64,000 bases of DNA from Cenococcum geophilum. Taxonomy: Eukaryota. Shown piece after piece: positions 10,471 to 22,290 of the stretch (position 1 is its first letter; every line of letters begins with the position of its first letter). Under the pieces are notes generated by a model. The model was given only the letters and a program-made list of their open reading frames with translations. It did not search any database and had not been told where the DNA came from. The stretch covers positions 26,908,001-26,972,000 of the forward strand of contig CP158635.1 of NCBI GenBank assembly GCA_050273025.1, given 5' to 3'. Position numbers and translations under genes: made by a program.

Positions 10471-12407
10471 ATGGAACCAAACGATGTGGAAATGATCATG
10501 GAGTCAGTCGAGCTGCAGTCAGTCGAGCCTGAGCCAAAATTGTATCGGCTGGTGGGTGAGGGTTTGGGAGGGACATTTGTCTGGCCGGATGAGTACGTCT
10601 AGAACCCCGCTCTCTCACTAACTTAACTTTGGCTGTACTATTTGTAGCTAGGCCGGAGTGTTGATCATCTGTTGTGTATAAGCTGACTACTGCAGGGACG
10701 GCAGATGGGTTAAGGGCCCAAGACCGATTGGTACCAAGGGGTGCATTACTTGTGTCGGTGTCTATATGGAGGTTGATGCGAACCGTGAGTTCTCTCTTTA
10801 CTATCTCTCCTCTCCCGCATTAAATCTCCAATATTCCTGGCTCTACATTCCTAAATTCCTTACCCTATACCCCTAATATTCCTCACTCTATATCCCTAGT
10901 ATTCCTCACTCTATGTCTGATATTCTCCCTAGCTCCCCCTCTTCTCCCAATCACATCACAACCCATAACCCCAGTCACGTCTATATAACCATCAACTCCT
11001 TTTCCAATTAGGCCAGGTTACTAACACCTCCCGGGTTGCTTCCTCGCCCACATCTCCATCCAACCCACCACCCATCTCTCCAACACGCCCCTAGCCCGCC
11101 GTGCCCTTACTAACCTTACCATCGCGCGTCTACAACACCATGCCGAAGCCAACAATTGGCCCTGCACGCGCCCACCGCCCTTCGATTCGCCCGCCACGGC
11201 CATCGGCAGCGACTTTGGCTCTCCTTCACGCTCTCAAACCTCCGACGAAGCAGCCACCGGAGAAAACGACACCGCTCCAGTAGCCGAAGACGCCACTGCT
11301 CCAGCCGGAGAAAGCGGCTCTACCATCGCTAGAGGAAACGCCACCGCGCAATCCCTCGAACTCAGCCAAGAGCCAGGACGAGGAGCAAGCCAGCCCACCA
11401 CCCCCCTCTCCCCGCCCACCGACCCACCAAACCCGCCCTGGTCGCCCCCATTCCCACCCCTGACGCTCACCACCCCCGCCTTCCCGCTCCTCAACATCCC
11501 CAGTACCACCGACACCAACACCAACACCAACACCAACGTCCTAATGTCGCAACCATCCCCCGCCCTCTCGCACCCCCCTTCCCCCGCCCCTCCCCCCTCC
11601 TCCACCTCGTCCACCCCCGCCAACCCAGCGAGAACGACGCCAAAAGACGGCAAAGCCCGCATGCGCGCCACCCTCCTCCTCACCTGCCCCTTCGCCAGCG
11701 GCCGCGCCCTCAACGACTTTGTCGCCGACCCGGCCTGGGCCGCTGCGCGCCGCGCGCGGGGGCTCGGGCCGCAGACGCGCGAGGGGGATGCCGAGGAGGG
11801 CGGGCGGGCGGTCATGCGGGGGGTCTGTGAGTGGTTGGGGGTGGATGCTCTGCCGGGGTTTGAGGGGCAGAGGGAGAGGGAGAGGATGGCGGGGGTGGGG
11901 AAGTGGTGGGAGGATGGGGCGGTCAGGGGGAGGGTTTTGGCGGGGGAATTGCTTGGGGCTCGGGGGGAGCTGGTGGGGTTGAGGTTGGATGGGATGGGGA
12001 TGGGAATGGGGCTCGATGGGATAGGGTTCGCGGAAAGCGTCGAAGACCAGCGCATCCTCAGCCCGGCGTTCGAGCATTGGCTGCGGTATTGGAAACCCAT
12101 GGCGCACGGCTTCGTCGTCCGCGAGCCTGGTGCGGAGCCCGAGTTCTGGTGTATTGATGATGGCGTTCGCGGACATGAGATCGAGGATGCGCATCTGGGC
12201 GAGCGGAACGGGTGGGTGGCTGATAGGGAGTGGCTCGCGCATTGGAGCGTTGACTTGGAGAGCTGGGATGGGTTAGTGGATGGAGTGCGGGCGATGGATG
12301 GGGGGCGACTGGTTACGGAGGGGGAGACGCTCATTGCGGATGAGGAGTATGAGGAGTATCAGAAGTACTTGGAGATGCTGGAGAGGATGGAGACGGGTGA
12401 TGACTAG
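10471..12407 (+). CDS. 3-exon hypothetical protein (about 527 aa) with a Cys-His deamidase-like motif; exons 10471-10592, 10696-10784, 11035-12407
   Basis: Intron 1 runs GTACGT..GCTGAC..CAG. Intron 2 runs GTGAGT..TACTAAC..CGG (non-canonical acceptor). The spliced frame is continuous: ...WPDEDGRWVKGPRPIGTKGCITCVGVYMEVDANRCFLAHISI..., open into the 11544-12407 ORF. Start codon uncertain. Confidence 0.7.
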
Positions 12408-12899
12408 TCGTGATGGGGTGAGAGGGAAGTTGCGAGGTGTTGGGAGTGGGTGTTGGACGGTGGCACGGTGCGTTTGGATAATGCAGAGGTGTTGTGAAGG
12501 GTGATAATGACGGACGGCACGATGAAAGAATCTTGTCGATTAGGACTCTGTTATGAGAAAGGAAAATGAGAGAACAGCTCTTTCATTTGACCTTGCCTCC
12601 TGTCTGCCACTGTCGTTATTCTTGCTATTGGTTATCTTACTTATTTTGCTTCTTGATATTGCATGACACTATTGGATTCACTTTCTAAGCAAAATCCGCC
12701 ATTTCTCCAACACGACTCTATCTCTTAGCGAAAGTAGTACGACATAAACGCTTCGGCTCCTACACGGGTTCCGGGTATTCCGAAGTTGGACCGGTGAAGG
12801 AAAACTGTGGAAGTGGTTCGAGATAGCTAGCAGAGCGGAAAAGTTAAAGCGGTGCGACCAACCTTAGATGCTGCCATCAGAACTCATCAGTTCACGTTC

Positions 12900-13330
12900 T
12901 GAAAGGCAGCCTAGCCCAGTTCAGATATAGAAAAGCTGAGGCTTTCTGCCCTGCTGGTGATAGGGCTATGCATATGCGGGGGCTGAGCTCCTCGGCAGTT
13001 GCGGCGTTCTGAGACCTGGAGGTTCGTAAACGGTAACCCGGCATTGAGACGATCTCAGCATGAAATGACACCCAATCAACCTCTTCCACGTCGAACCATG
13101 TCTGGTTAGACAGGGCGTAAAAGTATCCGTCATGGATCTCAAATGCAACTAGAACCGATATCAAATCTGACGAAATTCCTAAACTGCAACGGCCTGGCGT
13201 CGGCTAGAATTGCGTGCTTTAAGTCTAACGGTATGACTTGAATTTGCCATTCACGATGGCCATGGTCATACGTTCCAAAAACTAGTAACGCTTCCGAGGT
13301 TGGTTTCAGCTGCCTCAGCAAAGACATCGT
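12900..13330 (-). pseudogene. Fragment of a fungal F-box-type protein gene, frameshifted
   Basis: LVFGTYDHGHREWQIQ..PLQFRNFVRFDIGS in one frame and VAFEIHDGYFYALSNQTWFDVEEVDWVSFH in another; resembles a conserved fungal F-box protein family. Confidence 0.6.
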
Positions 13331-13530
13331 GCAAGTTCAACTTTTGCTTTCTATTGGCCAGTTCGGGAAAACACGACAGTTTCTTTTCGCAAGATAAAAC
13401 CACAGAAAATGCCGGATCAAATCTCTACTATCTCCTTTAATGAAGTTAGCGTAGCTGCAGAGGAAACGCAATGCTTATTGATAAGCTCACCATGTAGAGA
13501 TATGGCCAAATCGAAATCACGCAGTATCTT

Positions 13531-14271
13531 TCAGAAGAAGTAACTTATTATAATGAGTAGAACTATTGCCGTTGCTACAGGTAAGAGCAGCCTATTCATG
13601 ACCGGCATGTTATGTAACGGTGGGATTTGACCATCGAGAGATCGAAAGTGTAACTCCTGAGCGTTCCTGCTATCCTGAATAGCTTGCATCAACTGATCCA
13701 GCTTCTTTTCGAGTTCAAGGGATATGGGTGCGACGTGCATGGCAAAGAGTAGCTGCTGGGACTGTTGCTGCGGTAGTTTTCCGATACTGTCTCTGCGTGG
13801 GTCAGCACTTTGCGGCGAGTGGTTTTAGGCTAAAGATTGAACAGCTCACAGGAGTTGTAATAGCAACAAGAATGTAATGCTTTGCAGAGGTTGCCCTATG
13901 GATGCTTTAAGTTGCTGCACTTCTTTTGCAACAAGCGTCCAAAGAACAATTCGGGGCGCTCTGAAGATGCTAGACCGAGTAGATTTGACCCCAAGTGAAT
14001 CTTCATAGGGCTTCACGAAGCATCTGAATTTCTTCCACGGCCGGTCGATACGTCTAATAAGATCGTTGATATCCTCTGAGTAGAGGTCGCCTGGATGCTC
14101 CAGGGTGTATTTTCGCAAGTGCTCAAAGGCGATCTTAACACCATCAAGGAAATCTACAGCCTCTTGAAAATCCGAATCAGTACGTTTAGCTTCTTGGAAG
14201 GCTGTGCATAGGCTGATGGAGAATTGAATAGCATCTTTTATGTCTCCGGCGGACCAACCAAAAGGAACCAT
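13531..14271 (-). CDS. Stand-alone HeLo-like/SesA-type (fungal STAND N-terminal) domain protein with C-terminal TM helix, 227 aa; exons 14271-13850 and 13792-13531
   Basis: MVPFGWSAGDI N-terminus of the kind found in fungal NLR N-terminal helical domains. A phase-2 intron GTGAGC..GCTGAC..CAG joins two track ORFs. Ends LLLPVATAIVLLIIISYFF. Confidence 0.75.
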
Positions 14272-14616
14272 AGTGGACTTTGCGGTAATTTTAAACGATA
14301 AAGCGATAGGCTAAAGAGATATAGAGGATGTAATGTAAAATGCAAAGATAAATGAATATAAGAATCTACTGCCATCGAGGCATCAGTAAAGATTTATGCC
14401 CAAATGTTGCTTATCCGTCTAGATATTCAGGTGGCGCATTCTGGGCACAGCCTGTCCATCGCACGCGTCTGGCCCCAGTTGGAGGGGCAGAACCACAAGG
14501 CGTGTTCGTATTTGACAGTGGCGTTTGAGCTCCAATCATTGTGAATATGAGTGACCCCTAGGATTTCGGAGAGGAGTGAGGGCACCAATCGCTGTGTGCG
14601 ACGAAATTCCCGTTTA

Positions 14617-14691
14617 GGAGCTGTTCGGTTGCAACTTCATATTCAATATGAAGGCTCCATATTAAATATGACGTTGCAACCGAACAACTCC
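14617..14691. mobile_element. Tourist/PIF-Harbinger-like hairpin MITE
   Basis: Near-perfect 75-bp palindrome GGAGCTGTTCGGTTGCAACTTCATATT...AATATGACGTTGCAACCGAACAACTCC, flanked by TTA/TTG. Confidence 0.6.
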
Positions 14692-15903
14692 TTGGTCTTC
14701 TCACATTTGACTAGTTGCAGACGGTTCGCAAAGGCCACTAAATTCTCAGCCTCACCGGAGTTCAGCATCCGCGCGACTTTTGCTTCATTCGTACTTGCTT
14801 TTTCGGCTTTTTTTCATCTCAGTTCTTGCTATCAACCTCACTTCGGCATTTAACCGTCGAGTAAGCTGTTCCTAATCTCAGCCAGTTTTTCTTGATTTTT
14901 CAAACATACCCTTGCTAATTCTAATTCTATCAGCAACTAAGTAGAACAAAGATTTAATAGGCTACAGCTAAAGCCGCCACATACAGGAATCTATCGAGAT
15001 CGGATCCCGACGTGAGAGATGAAAGTGAGAATCTCCCGAAATTCGAAGGCTATAATCGCCAAGGTTCCTGGGATTTGTACCGCGCGTTTCTTCCCCTGGC
15101 TGCTTTTCTGGGCGTGATTGAGCGGTGAGATGTGGTCGAGCATACGGGGATATCCAATGCATGAGTGTCCTAATGCCTTTGCTTCATACATTTAGCATCC
15201 TCTGTGCCGTTCTATCCTCCGGAACTGGTGGCATGGAAAAGGCAGGCGACTCCGAAATGTGTAACTGTGACTATGCATATTAGTGCTGCGTTTGTGACAA
15301 GGTGATGTTGGGGATAATGTTCCATTCCCCACAATGAATCGGAGAGCAGGGGTGGTTGTAGATGTTATTGGTCAAGGATACAAACGTACCGGTTTCCTTC
15401 TGCATGGGCCTTTTCAAGAAAACATACTTTCCATGACTTTTCTACTTTGCACCTCGACCACCTGAAGCTCTAAAATCGCACTGTACCCCGCCCTGGCCGC
15501 ATGGTAGGTGACACTGACCATGAGATGCGCGAAGAGCCTACATGTGGAATAAACATGTTGTATTGAAGGCGGAAACATTTGCATCACACTGCTCTCGCGC
15601 TCGTTCGTGCAGCCTACTCCATCTTGGATGCCAGATCTGAGCAACCTCAATGTAGATGGGCAGGATCGATTTGACAAAGAAGCTGGTATTTTGAAAGTCT
15701 CTTTTCTTGATAGAATATGTAATATCTGAACATCCAAATCCCGAAATGTCACTCACACCATTTCCCCATATTCAATGCATAAACACATGTCCCTCGTTGG
15801 AACGCGGAGTAGCCAAATGGAAGGTGAATCCTTTTTGGCCTCGAGGCACTCCCCATCTATATTTCCGCTTTTTTTCCGCTGTTTTAAATGATCTCCATGT
15901 TTG

Positions 15904-15939
15904 TTATTGCTGGCTCAGCATATGCTTAAATTTTTCGAT
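15904..15939 (-). pseudogene. rib1: Isolated last exon of GTP cyclohydrolase II (IEKFKHMLSQQ*), duplicated remnant
   Basis: 15690-15956 plus 16864-16870 align with 23706-23818 plus 30160-30348, the last exon and 3' flank of the RIPped rib1. Acceptor TAG is retained, and the branch site TGCTAAC lies at 16864-16870 on the minus strand. Confidence 0.7.
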
Positions 15940-15956
15940 CTACCGGAATAACCTAA

Positions 15957-16855
15957 CAGGGTTGCAAATCAATCAACTCAACTCGATTGAGGCCCTGAAT
16001 CGGTTGAATTGAAAGCTTTGTAAGCAGAGAGTCCAGTTAATTAAATTAATTGAATCAATATTGAAGTCTTGGTATCTAGTTGCAACTAAATTCAACTAGA
16101 GTAGTCAGCAACTATCACGAGTCTTGGTATAGATTTGATGCAGGAGGACCTACCTGGTGACGCCTAAAATCGGTTCTAACTGCCCTTCCTATCACCCGGC
16201 TCTCAATATAGGCCTATCGCGAGTCTTAGCATAGTATTAACACACTCTCCTGCTGTATTATACTTTCTCTTTTATCGCTGGTCGCTTTAACTGCCTATAG
16301 GCCCACGACGTCTGCCCGCCGTTAGATAAGGAATACGGTAGCCAAGAAGACGCTTCCACTTAATTCCTTTATACTCTTCTTGTTAGGAATTGGTAGTAGA
16401 CGCGTTAGCATTACCATCTAAGCTATAATCTAAGACGCGCTAAAGGTCGGTAGGTGTAGTAGGATCAGAACAAGCTGTAGAAAGGATTAAGGTGTTTATT
16501 TGGCCATCATCTAACGTGTTAGAAGCCATAGTAGTAATAAAATTAATATTGTTAATAGGCAAATCCGGTAGCAAAGCTCTTCTACTAGCGGCGATATAAC
16601 GGTGTAAACATTAGGTATACTCGGGTAAACTTTTTTTAGTAAGGGAGACAGGAAAGGTAATATTTAGAGCATTATAACTTGTTAATATTTCTATAATATT
16701 AAAAGATTCAATATTTGTTAACCGATTTAATTCAATTAGGACTTCCAAATCGATTGAATTGAAAAGCCAGTGAGCCCTTAATCGGTTGAATTGAGTGCCA
16801 AGATTCAATCGATTCAATTCAATATTGAAATTTCGTTGATTGACTTGCAACCCTG
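15957..16855. mobile_element. Non-autonomous hAT-type DNA transposon (899 bp)
   Basis: TIRs CAGGGTTGCAA(A/G)TCAATCAAC; perfect 8-bp TSD TAACCTAA at 15949-15956 and 16856-16863; subterminal AATTGA/TCAAT repeats; RIPped interior. Confidence 0.9.
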
Positions 16856-16869
16856 TAACCTAAGTTAGC

Positions 16870-17205
16870 AAGGAATGGGTGGCTGGCTGACAGGGAGTGG
16901 CTCGCGCATTGGAGCGTTGATTTGGAGAGTTGGGATGGGTTGGTGGATGGCGTGCGGGCTGTGGATGAGGGGCGACTGGTTACGGAGTGGGATGATGGTG
17001 TGGAGGGAGGTGGCTCGCCGCTTTCGAAAGGGGAGACGCTCGTTGCGGATGAGTATGAGGAGTATCAGGAGGAGTACTTGGAGATGCTGGAGGGGATGGA
17101 GACGGGTGATGACTAGTCGTGATGGGGCGAGAGGGGGGTTGCGAGGTGTTCGGAGTGGTGTTGGACGATGGCGCGGTGCGTTTAGATGATGTAGAGACGC
17201 TGTGA
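16870..17205 (+). pseudogene. Duplicated 3' end of the 10471-12407 gene
   Basis: Aligns to about 12205-12495 (NGWLADREWLAHWSVDLESWDGLVDGVRA..ETGDD* plus 3' UTR), with an in-frame insertion and no 5' exons. Confidence 0.85.
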
Positions 17206-17496
17206 ACGATAGGAGTGATGGAGTATGAGCCTATGGAGCTAGAGAGTGTCTTGGATGCTAAGATGAAGGTTACTGCGGATTGGGACTCTGTTGGCATACT
17301 GAAATGGCCAACGCAGTCCATCTCACGTGCTGCAGTGATCCTAGAAGTAACTGTCAGTCCCTAGCAGCTCCCACCCCAGCCTCATCTGACAGTTGCCTTA
17401 TTCTGAGTTTCATATATCACGAGGCGCTTGTCTAGAAACATTCAAGCTTTTGCTATCAATACCAACCGCGACAACCGATCGATCCTGCAACCACCG

Positions 17497-17870
17497 CCCG
17501 ATTTAAATCCTATTGAGCACATCTAAGTATAACTCAAAGAGACGCTCCACAAACGATTTCCAGAGATCGCATATATGCGCGGCTCTAAAGAGGAGGCAAT
17601 TAAGAAGCTATCTAAGGCCCTAGTAATTTGCTGGAACGAGATAGCTCCTGCCTTTTTTGAGTCTTTAATTGATAGTATAGAAGAGCGATGCGACGCTGTA
17701 AGAGGCCAAGGGGTGGCACACCGGATTTTGAACACCAAAAAAGTATCACGATTACTAGATTATGTATCTGTAAGTAGCTTCAGGTATTTTTTGAAGCTCT
17801 GGAATCAATTGTGTGACTTTCGCATAGTATTTTGGCAGGGTGTGTCATTTTGGTGTGGCCTCGGCACGGA
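17497..17870 (+). mobile_element. Tc1/mariner transposase 3' fragment
   Basis: PDLNPIEHI*V*LKETLHKRFP...CWNEI..FFESLIDSIEERCDAV..KGWHT, with stops and a frameshift. Confidence 0.75.
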
Positions 17871-18996
17871 CACCCTTTGACGAGGTACTGTAGATGCCTC
17901 CGATGCCCAGTGCCATCCATGCTAGATCTCTAAAACCGCTCCATGATGGCAGGGGAGTTACCGAATCAGTGTGCCATGTAGAATCGTAGGTGTTTCTGAT
18001 GAGCTTGAGGAGGCGGCTGCCGATAGTAATTTTTCTTGAGCATTCCTAGGAGTCGTTGGCTGAATAAAGGGAATATTATTTAGTCCCAAATTTTGGAGAG
18101 CCCTAAATATGTTTATTGGGCCCGGATATCTTGCTCTCGACGTGTGCAGCGGCGGAGGTCCCGCCGGGGGTAAGAAGGGACCGCCTAGCCAATTGACATT
18201 TCCTTCTAATACAGAGCCAGGAACGGATAAAGAACTTATAGAATTTCTTATGGCAACAAAAGCCATTTAAGAGTGTACCTTAAGTATGAGAAACTGTAAA
18301 CGATAAGGAAAATGTTATATAAACCAACATAGTGATTATGAGGATTAAGAGAGAGGTTAATACGAAGCCAACGTAGTAAGGTAGACATATCACGATTAGC
18401 GACACCTGCTATGTTTCAGGCTTTTAGAGAGGCTGTAAGGTTGCATCTGAGTGCACAGGCCGGTGACAATAGGCTATACGAAGCGTAGGATTCTCTTATG
18501 GATCCCCGCAGGGCCGGGCGGTCTGTTTAGCTGTGTTAAAAATAGTTGGTCGAATAGACGAAGGTCGTGTATGCCTTGCACAAGCACGGGCCAATACAGC
18601 CACAAACGTAGCACCTCTCTAGCTGATAACTAAGGTCACAAGCAAACCAATGAAACGGCGTTCTCTTCCAACTGCCAGCGAATCAGAGTTTATGTCGGCT
18701 TCGAAACTTCAGGTCCTTGCTGCTTCAACGGTGTGTTTCTACGTGGCCGCGACGCCACTTACATACTACAGTAGCGCCCTTCTTACCCGCACACTGCGCG
18801 ACATCCGGCCAATCCTTTAAACTTCGATGCATTTCAACATTGTTTATACGCAAATCGGGGGAAAGCCCAAGAATGGGGGATTCATCTGTCGGTTAAAAGG
18901 ACATTCTCTTCTTTTATATGGCGTCTTATCTACATGCAACTTCTCAATTCCTTTCAAAAAAAATCCTTTTTCGAATCACATCCGAGGAGTCTCGCC

Positions 18997-19703
18997 ATGG
19001 TCCCATTCGGTTGGTCCGCTGGAGATATCAAAGATGCAGTTCAATTTTCAATTAGATTGTGTACCACGTTCCAAGATGCCGGGTGTTCTAATTCGGATTT
19101 TCAAGAAGCAATAGATTTCCTCTGCGGCCTTCAGATTGTTCTCGAGCACCTGCGTACATACACTATAGAGAACCCAGACCATCTTTACTCTAAGGACATT
19201 AAAGATCTCGTCCAACAAATCGACCGACCATGGAAGAAATTTAGAGACTTTCTAAAGCCTTATGAAGACTCACTTGGGATCAACTCAGTTAGGTCCAGCA
19301 TCGCGAGAGCACCCCGAGCCGTGCTCTGGACACTTGTAGCGAAAGAAGTGCGGCAACTCAAGGCCTCCGTTGGCCAGCTAGTGCAAAGCCTTACACTCCT
19401 GCTGCTATTACAGCTTCTGTAAGTGTTCAGTCGTTGCCTTAAGATCAGTCGTCGCTTCCTGCTGACTAGCGCAGAGACAGGATGGAAACACTACCTCTGC
19501 AGCAATCGCAGCAGCTCCTATTTGCCCTACACGTAGCCCCCATACCTGTAGAACTCGAGAACAAGTTGGAAGAGCTGAGGCAGGCCATTCACGATAACCG
19601 GGTTTCTCAAGGGTCGCAACAAGGCCGGGTTGTGCATGGATTGCTGTTGTCTATTATGGTGTCAGCAATACTTTTATTTCTCACATCTACGTACTTTATG
19701 TGA
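18997..19703 (+). CDS. Paralogous HeLo-like/SesA-type domain protein with C-terminal TM helix, 216 aa; exons 18997-19418 and 19475-19703
   Basis: Exon 1 has the same length (422 nt) and intron phase as the 14271 copy. By manual count 37 of 140 exon-1 residues differ (about 74% identical). Intron GTAAGT..GCTGAC..CAG. Ends LLLSIMVSAILLFLTSTYFM. Confidence 0.75.
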
Positions 19704-20119
19704 AAGACACGCTTCATCTCTATGTATCATTGCATCACATGCTGCTATGGTGAGCTCATTTGCACACATCATATTCTCTTGACACCACACCGACCTTGTC
19801 GAAAGCCAGGCAGAAATTATCGGGAAGGCGGACCCGCTCCAGCCATTGCCGGTAGTACTTGGAAGAATCCGTATCCTACGATGATCCAACTCGGGTGGCT
19901 AAGCAAGACTAACTGGCTTGGCCAATCGACGCGGTTAACTGTACGGCGCGGGCTGCATGCTGACGGCTCGAAAGAGGATGCATTCACCTCGAAGCCCGAG
20001 ACCCAGAATGTAAGGTAGAGAATCTTGGCCATTACGTATATCCTAGGGTGTTCTAACTTATACACCTGTACGATCCTAGCACTTGGGATACAATAAAGGT
20101 GCCTTTCACCAGCTGTCCA

Positions 20120-20260
20120 CATGATTATTGATATGGAAGAGTTTGATTGGACGTCATTTTATCACTGTGTTCGCTTTCGTCTCGAATAACCGTTTAAGGA
20201 CGCCTTGGAAATCAACGCCTGCATATATCGTCTGCAACCTCCTGGACTAACTTAAGCCCA
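20120..20260 (+). pseudogene. Second fragment of the F-box-type gene
   Basis: IIDMEEFDWTSFYHCVRFRLE*PFKDALEINACIYRLQ overlaps the EEVDWVSF segment of the 13.1-kb fragment. It lies downstream of its HeLo-like neighbour, as the first fragment does. Confidence 0.55.
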
Positions 20261-22290
20261 CAGGTGAATGAGCTCATCATCTATCTCGTTATCTTTTTAC
20301 ATTATTTTCTGTCTCCAACCGCCTTGATCTATGTCCCTCACTGGTCCTCGGATTAGGTTCCCCTCTCGGGCACCTGCATATGTTCGGAAACTCTTGGTCT
20401 GGATATCTAAAGGCCAGATGCGCGTGCCTCGAACTTCTTCCTCCAAGACCGGGGATCTATGAATGAGAAGCTGTGAGCGCCTCGACGAAACATTCTAAAT
20501 ACATGAAACTCTACATCGTTTGACTCATGCGGTTTAAGATTTTCTACTGTTCAAAATATGCCATTCACCTTGCTGTGTTGTTGCATGGGGCGTTGAAGCG
20601 TACACTGGATGAACTGTCGGACGACGCGCTAATTGCGATCGTCGTCCTGTTTCCTTTGAGGGTATAGACCAGGGGTGTCTTGGCCATTTGACTTGACTGT
20701 ATATATTGAGGCTCAATAGCCTACATTAATTTGACAGAGTTTTCCTTCTTGACTGCACCGTTCAACATGAACTATCCTAATCATCTTAACGGCGCATTGG
20801 TGGAGAGCGTTGAGCTGCGGGCCCAATAGTGCAGGTTGACTCGGTACATGCCAACAAATATTTTCGTTTAGAGAACGCCTGGACATTGTGCGGCCAGCAA
20901 TGGGACTGCAGCTGATGGCTAACTATCCTCGGAATTTTCTTTTCGAGGTTTTGTTGTGGGGGTTCCATTCCTTGCCCCGCTATGCATTGAACTGACAGTT
21001 CATTGAATCATAAACCTTCATGAACTTCCTTGCTTGCGGAAACCCTAGGCTTCTTGAAGAAGGTAAATAGATGGCGCTGGCACAGCGACGATAGGCGCAG
21101 GGCTGCTTCCTCCTGTGCGCCATTACGATAATCCCCATCGCCATCACGCTGCCAGCATCACCAGCAGCAGCAGCTAACCTGGGGCCATTCTCAAGTACCA
21201 GCTGGCCGTAAAAGCCAATCTAGATTTATTGAGTCCTCATTCCTTTTCCCTTTTCCTTTCGCAGGCGCCGTCGCTCTGACCAGCAGCCTCGACGAACTTT
21301 GAACGAACCCATGAGTGGGCAAGTAATTAACTAAGCTAGGTCTATCCGAGCTCCCGGACTCACTCCAGTCGATTACCGAATCGAGCAGCCTCTTAAGCCG
21401 CGAACGGGCGGTTGCCGGGCTAGTGATTGCTCCGTCGCTCCTAGGCCATAGCGGCCGCGGCAAACATCAGCCTTCGGTAGTTCCGGGCGCGCCAAGAACT
21501 TATTTTAATTGGTCGACGCATGGGCTGGGTAGCAGGGCTTGTGCAGCAGGTGGCCTGACCGGTGTCTGCTGTCTATCCCCGGGCATGTTTCGACTACACT
21601 AGGGATCCGCTTTCGACTTGTTGCCCCGTTTCTTTTGTGTTCTCATTCCCTCACCGCGTACTAGCCCAGTCTGTGGCAGTCAGAAAGCCAACTTAATGTC
21701 TCACCTAGCTTAGCCCATAAAACGCTGGTCCTGACGCACCCGGGTATGTGGCGCCCGCTAGGGTCGGGCGAGACATCGCATTCCGTATGTGGTTTAGTCT
21801 TGCAGTGTACCTCTTTCACTTCTGAATGCCCTCTATTCGTAACGCGGTAACGGAGAACACTTCATAATGCTGCATAGCCATGACAGACGGCTCAGCGGCA
21901 TGGAAGGAAGATCCTTCGGTGTATGTCTCACAAAGAACTGACTGGGTTGCAGTATGATGCTTTTTTATTGGTGCCATAGCCATTGGGGACTTTTCATTGA
22001 TCCATGACGAGCATTGAAGTCAAGCAGCTCCAGCATTATCTCCAACATTTTTGGCAAACCCCTCGGCTGCAATGCTTCCTTTTTTTCTATTCCGATATGC
22101 ATAGCGATCAGAATCTATGTTGTATCATTTGCCAATGACGCACCGAATTTTCCGACAGTAGATTCAGAGCCCAGCGCCGAAGCCAAGGCCGAGGGTGGCT
22201 ACTAGTGATAGAATTCCAAGTTCGACGACCATGTTACGATTTCTTCAAGATCAGAAAGGTAAAGTGAATAGTTAGACCTTATTCGCCATC

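Noticed and set aside
11234..12334. Long antisense ORFs (366 and 233 aa) and similar ORFs over NUP188 and HET
   Set aside because: Shadow ORFs from GC-rich skewed sequence opposite real genes.
17958..18266. 102-aa ORF as a possible amyloid signalling partner of the HeLo-like genes
   Set aside because: No recognisable HRAM, sigma or PP-like repeat motif; unsupported.
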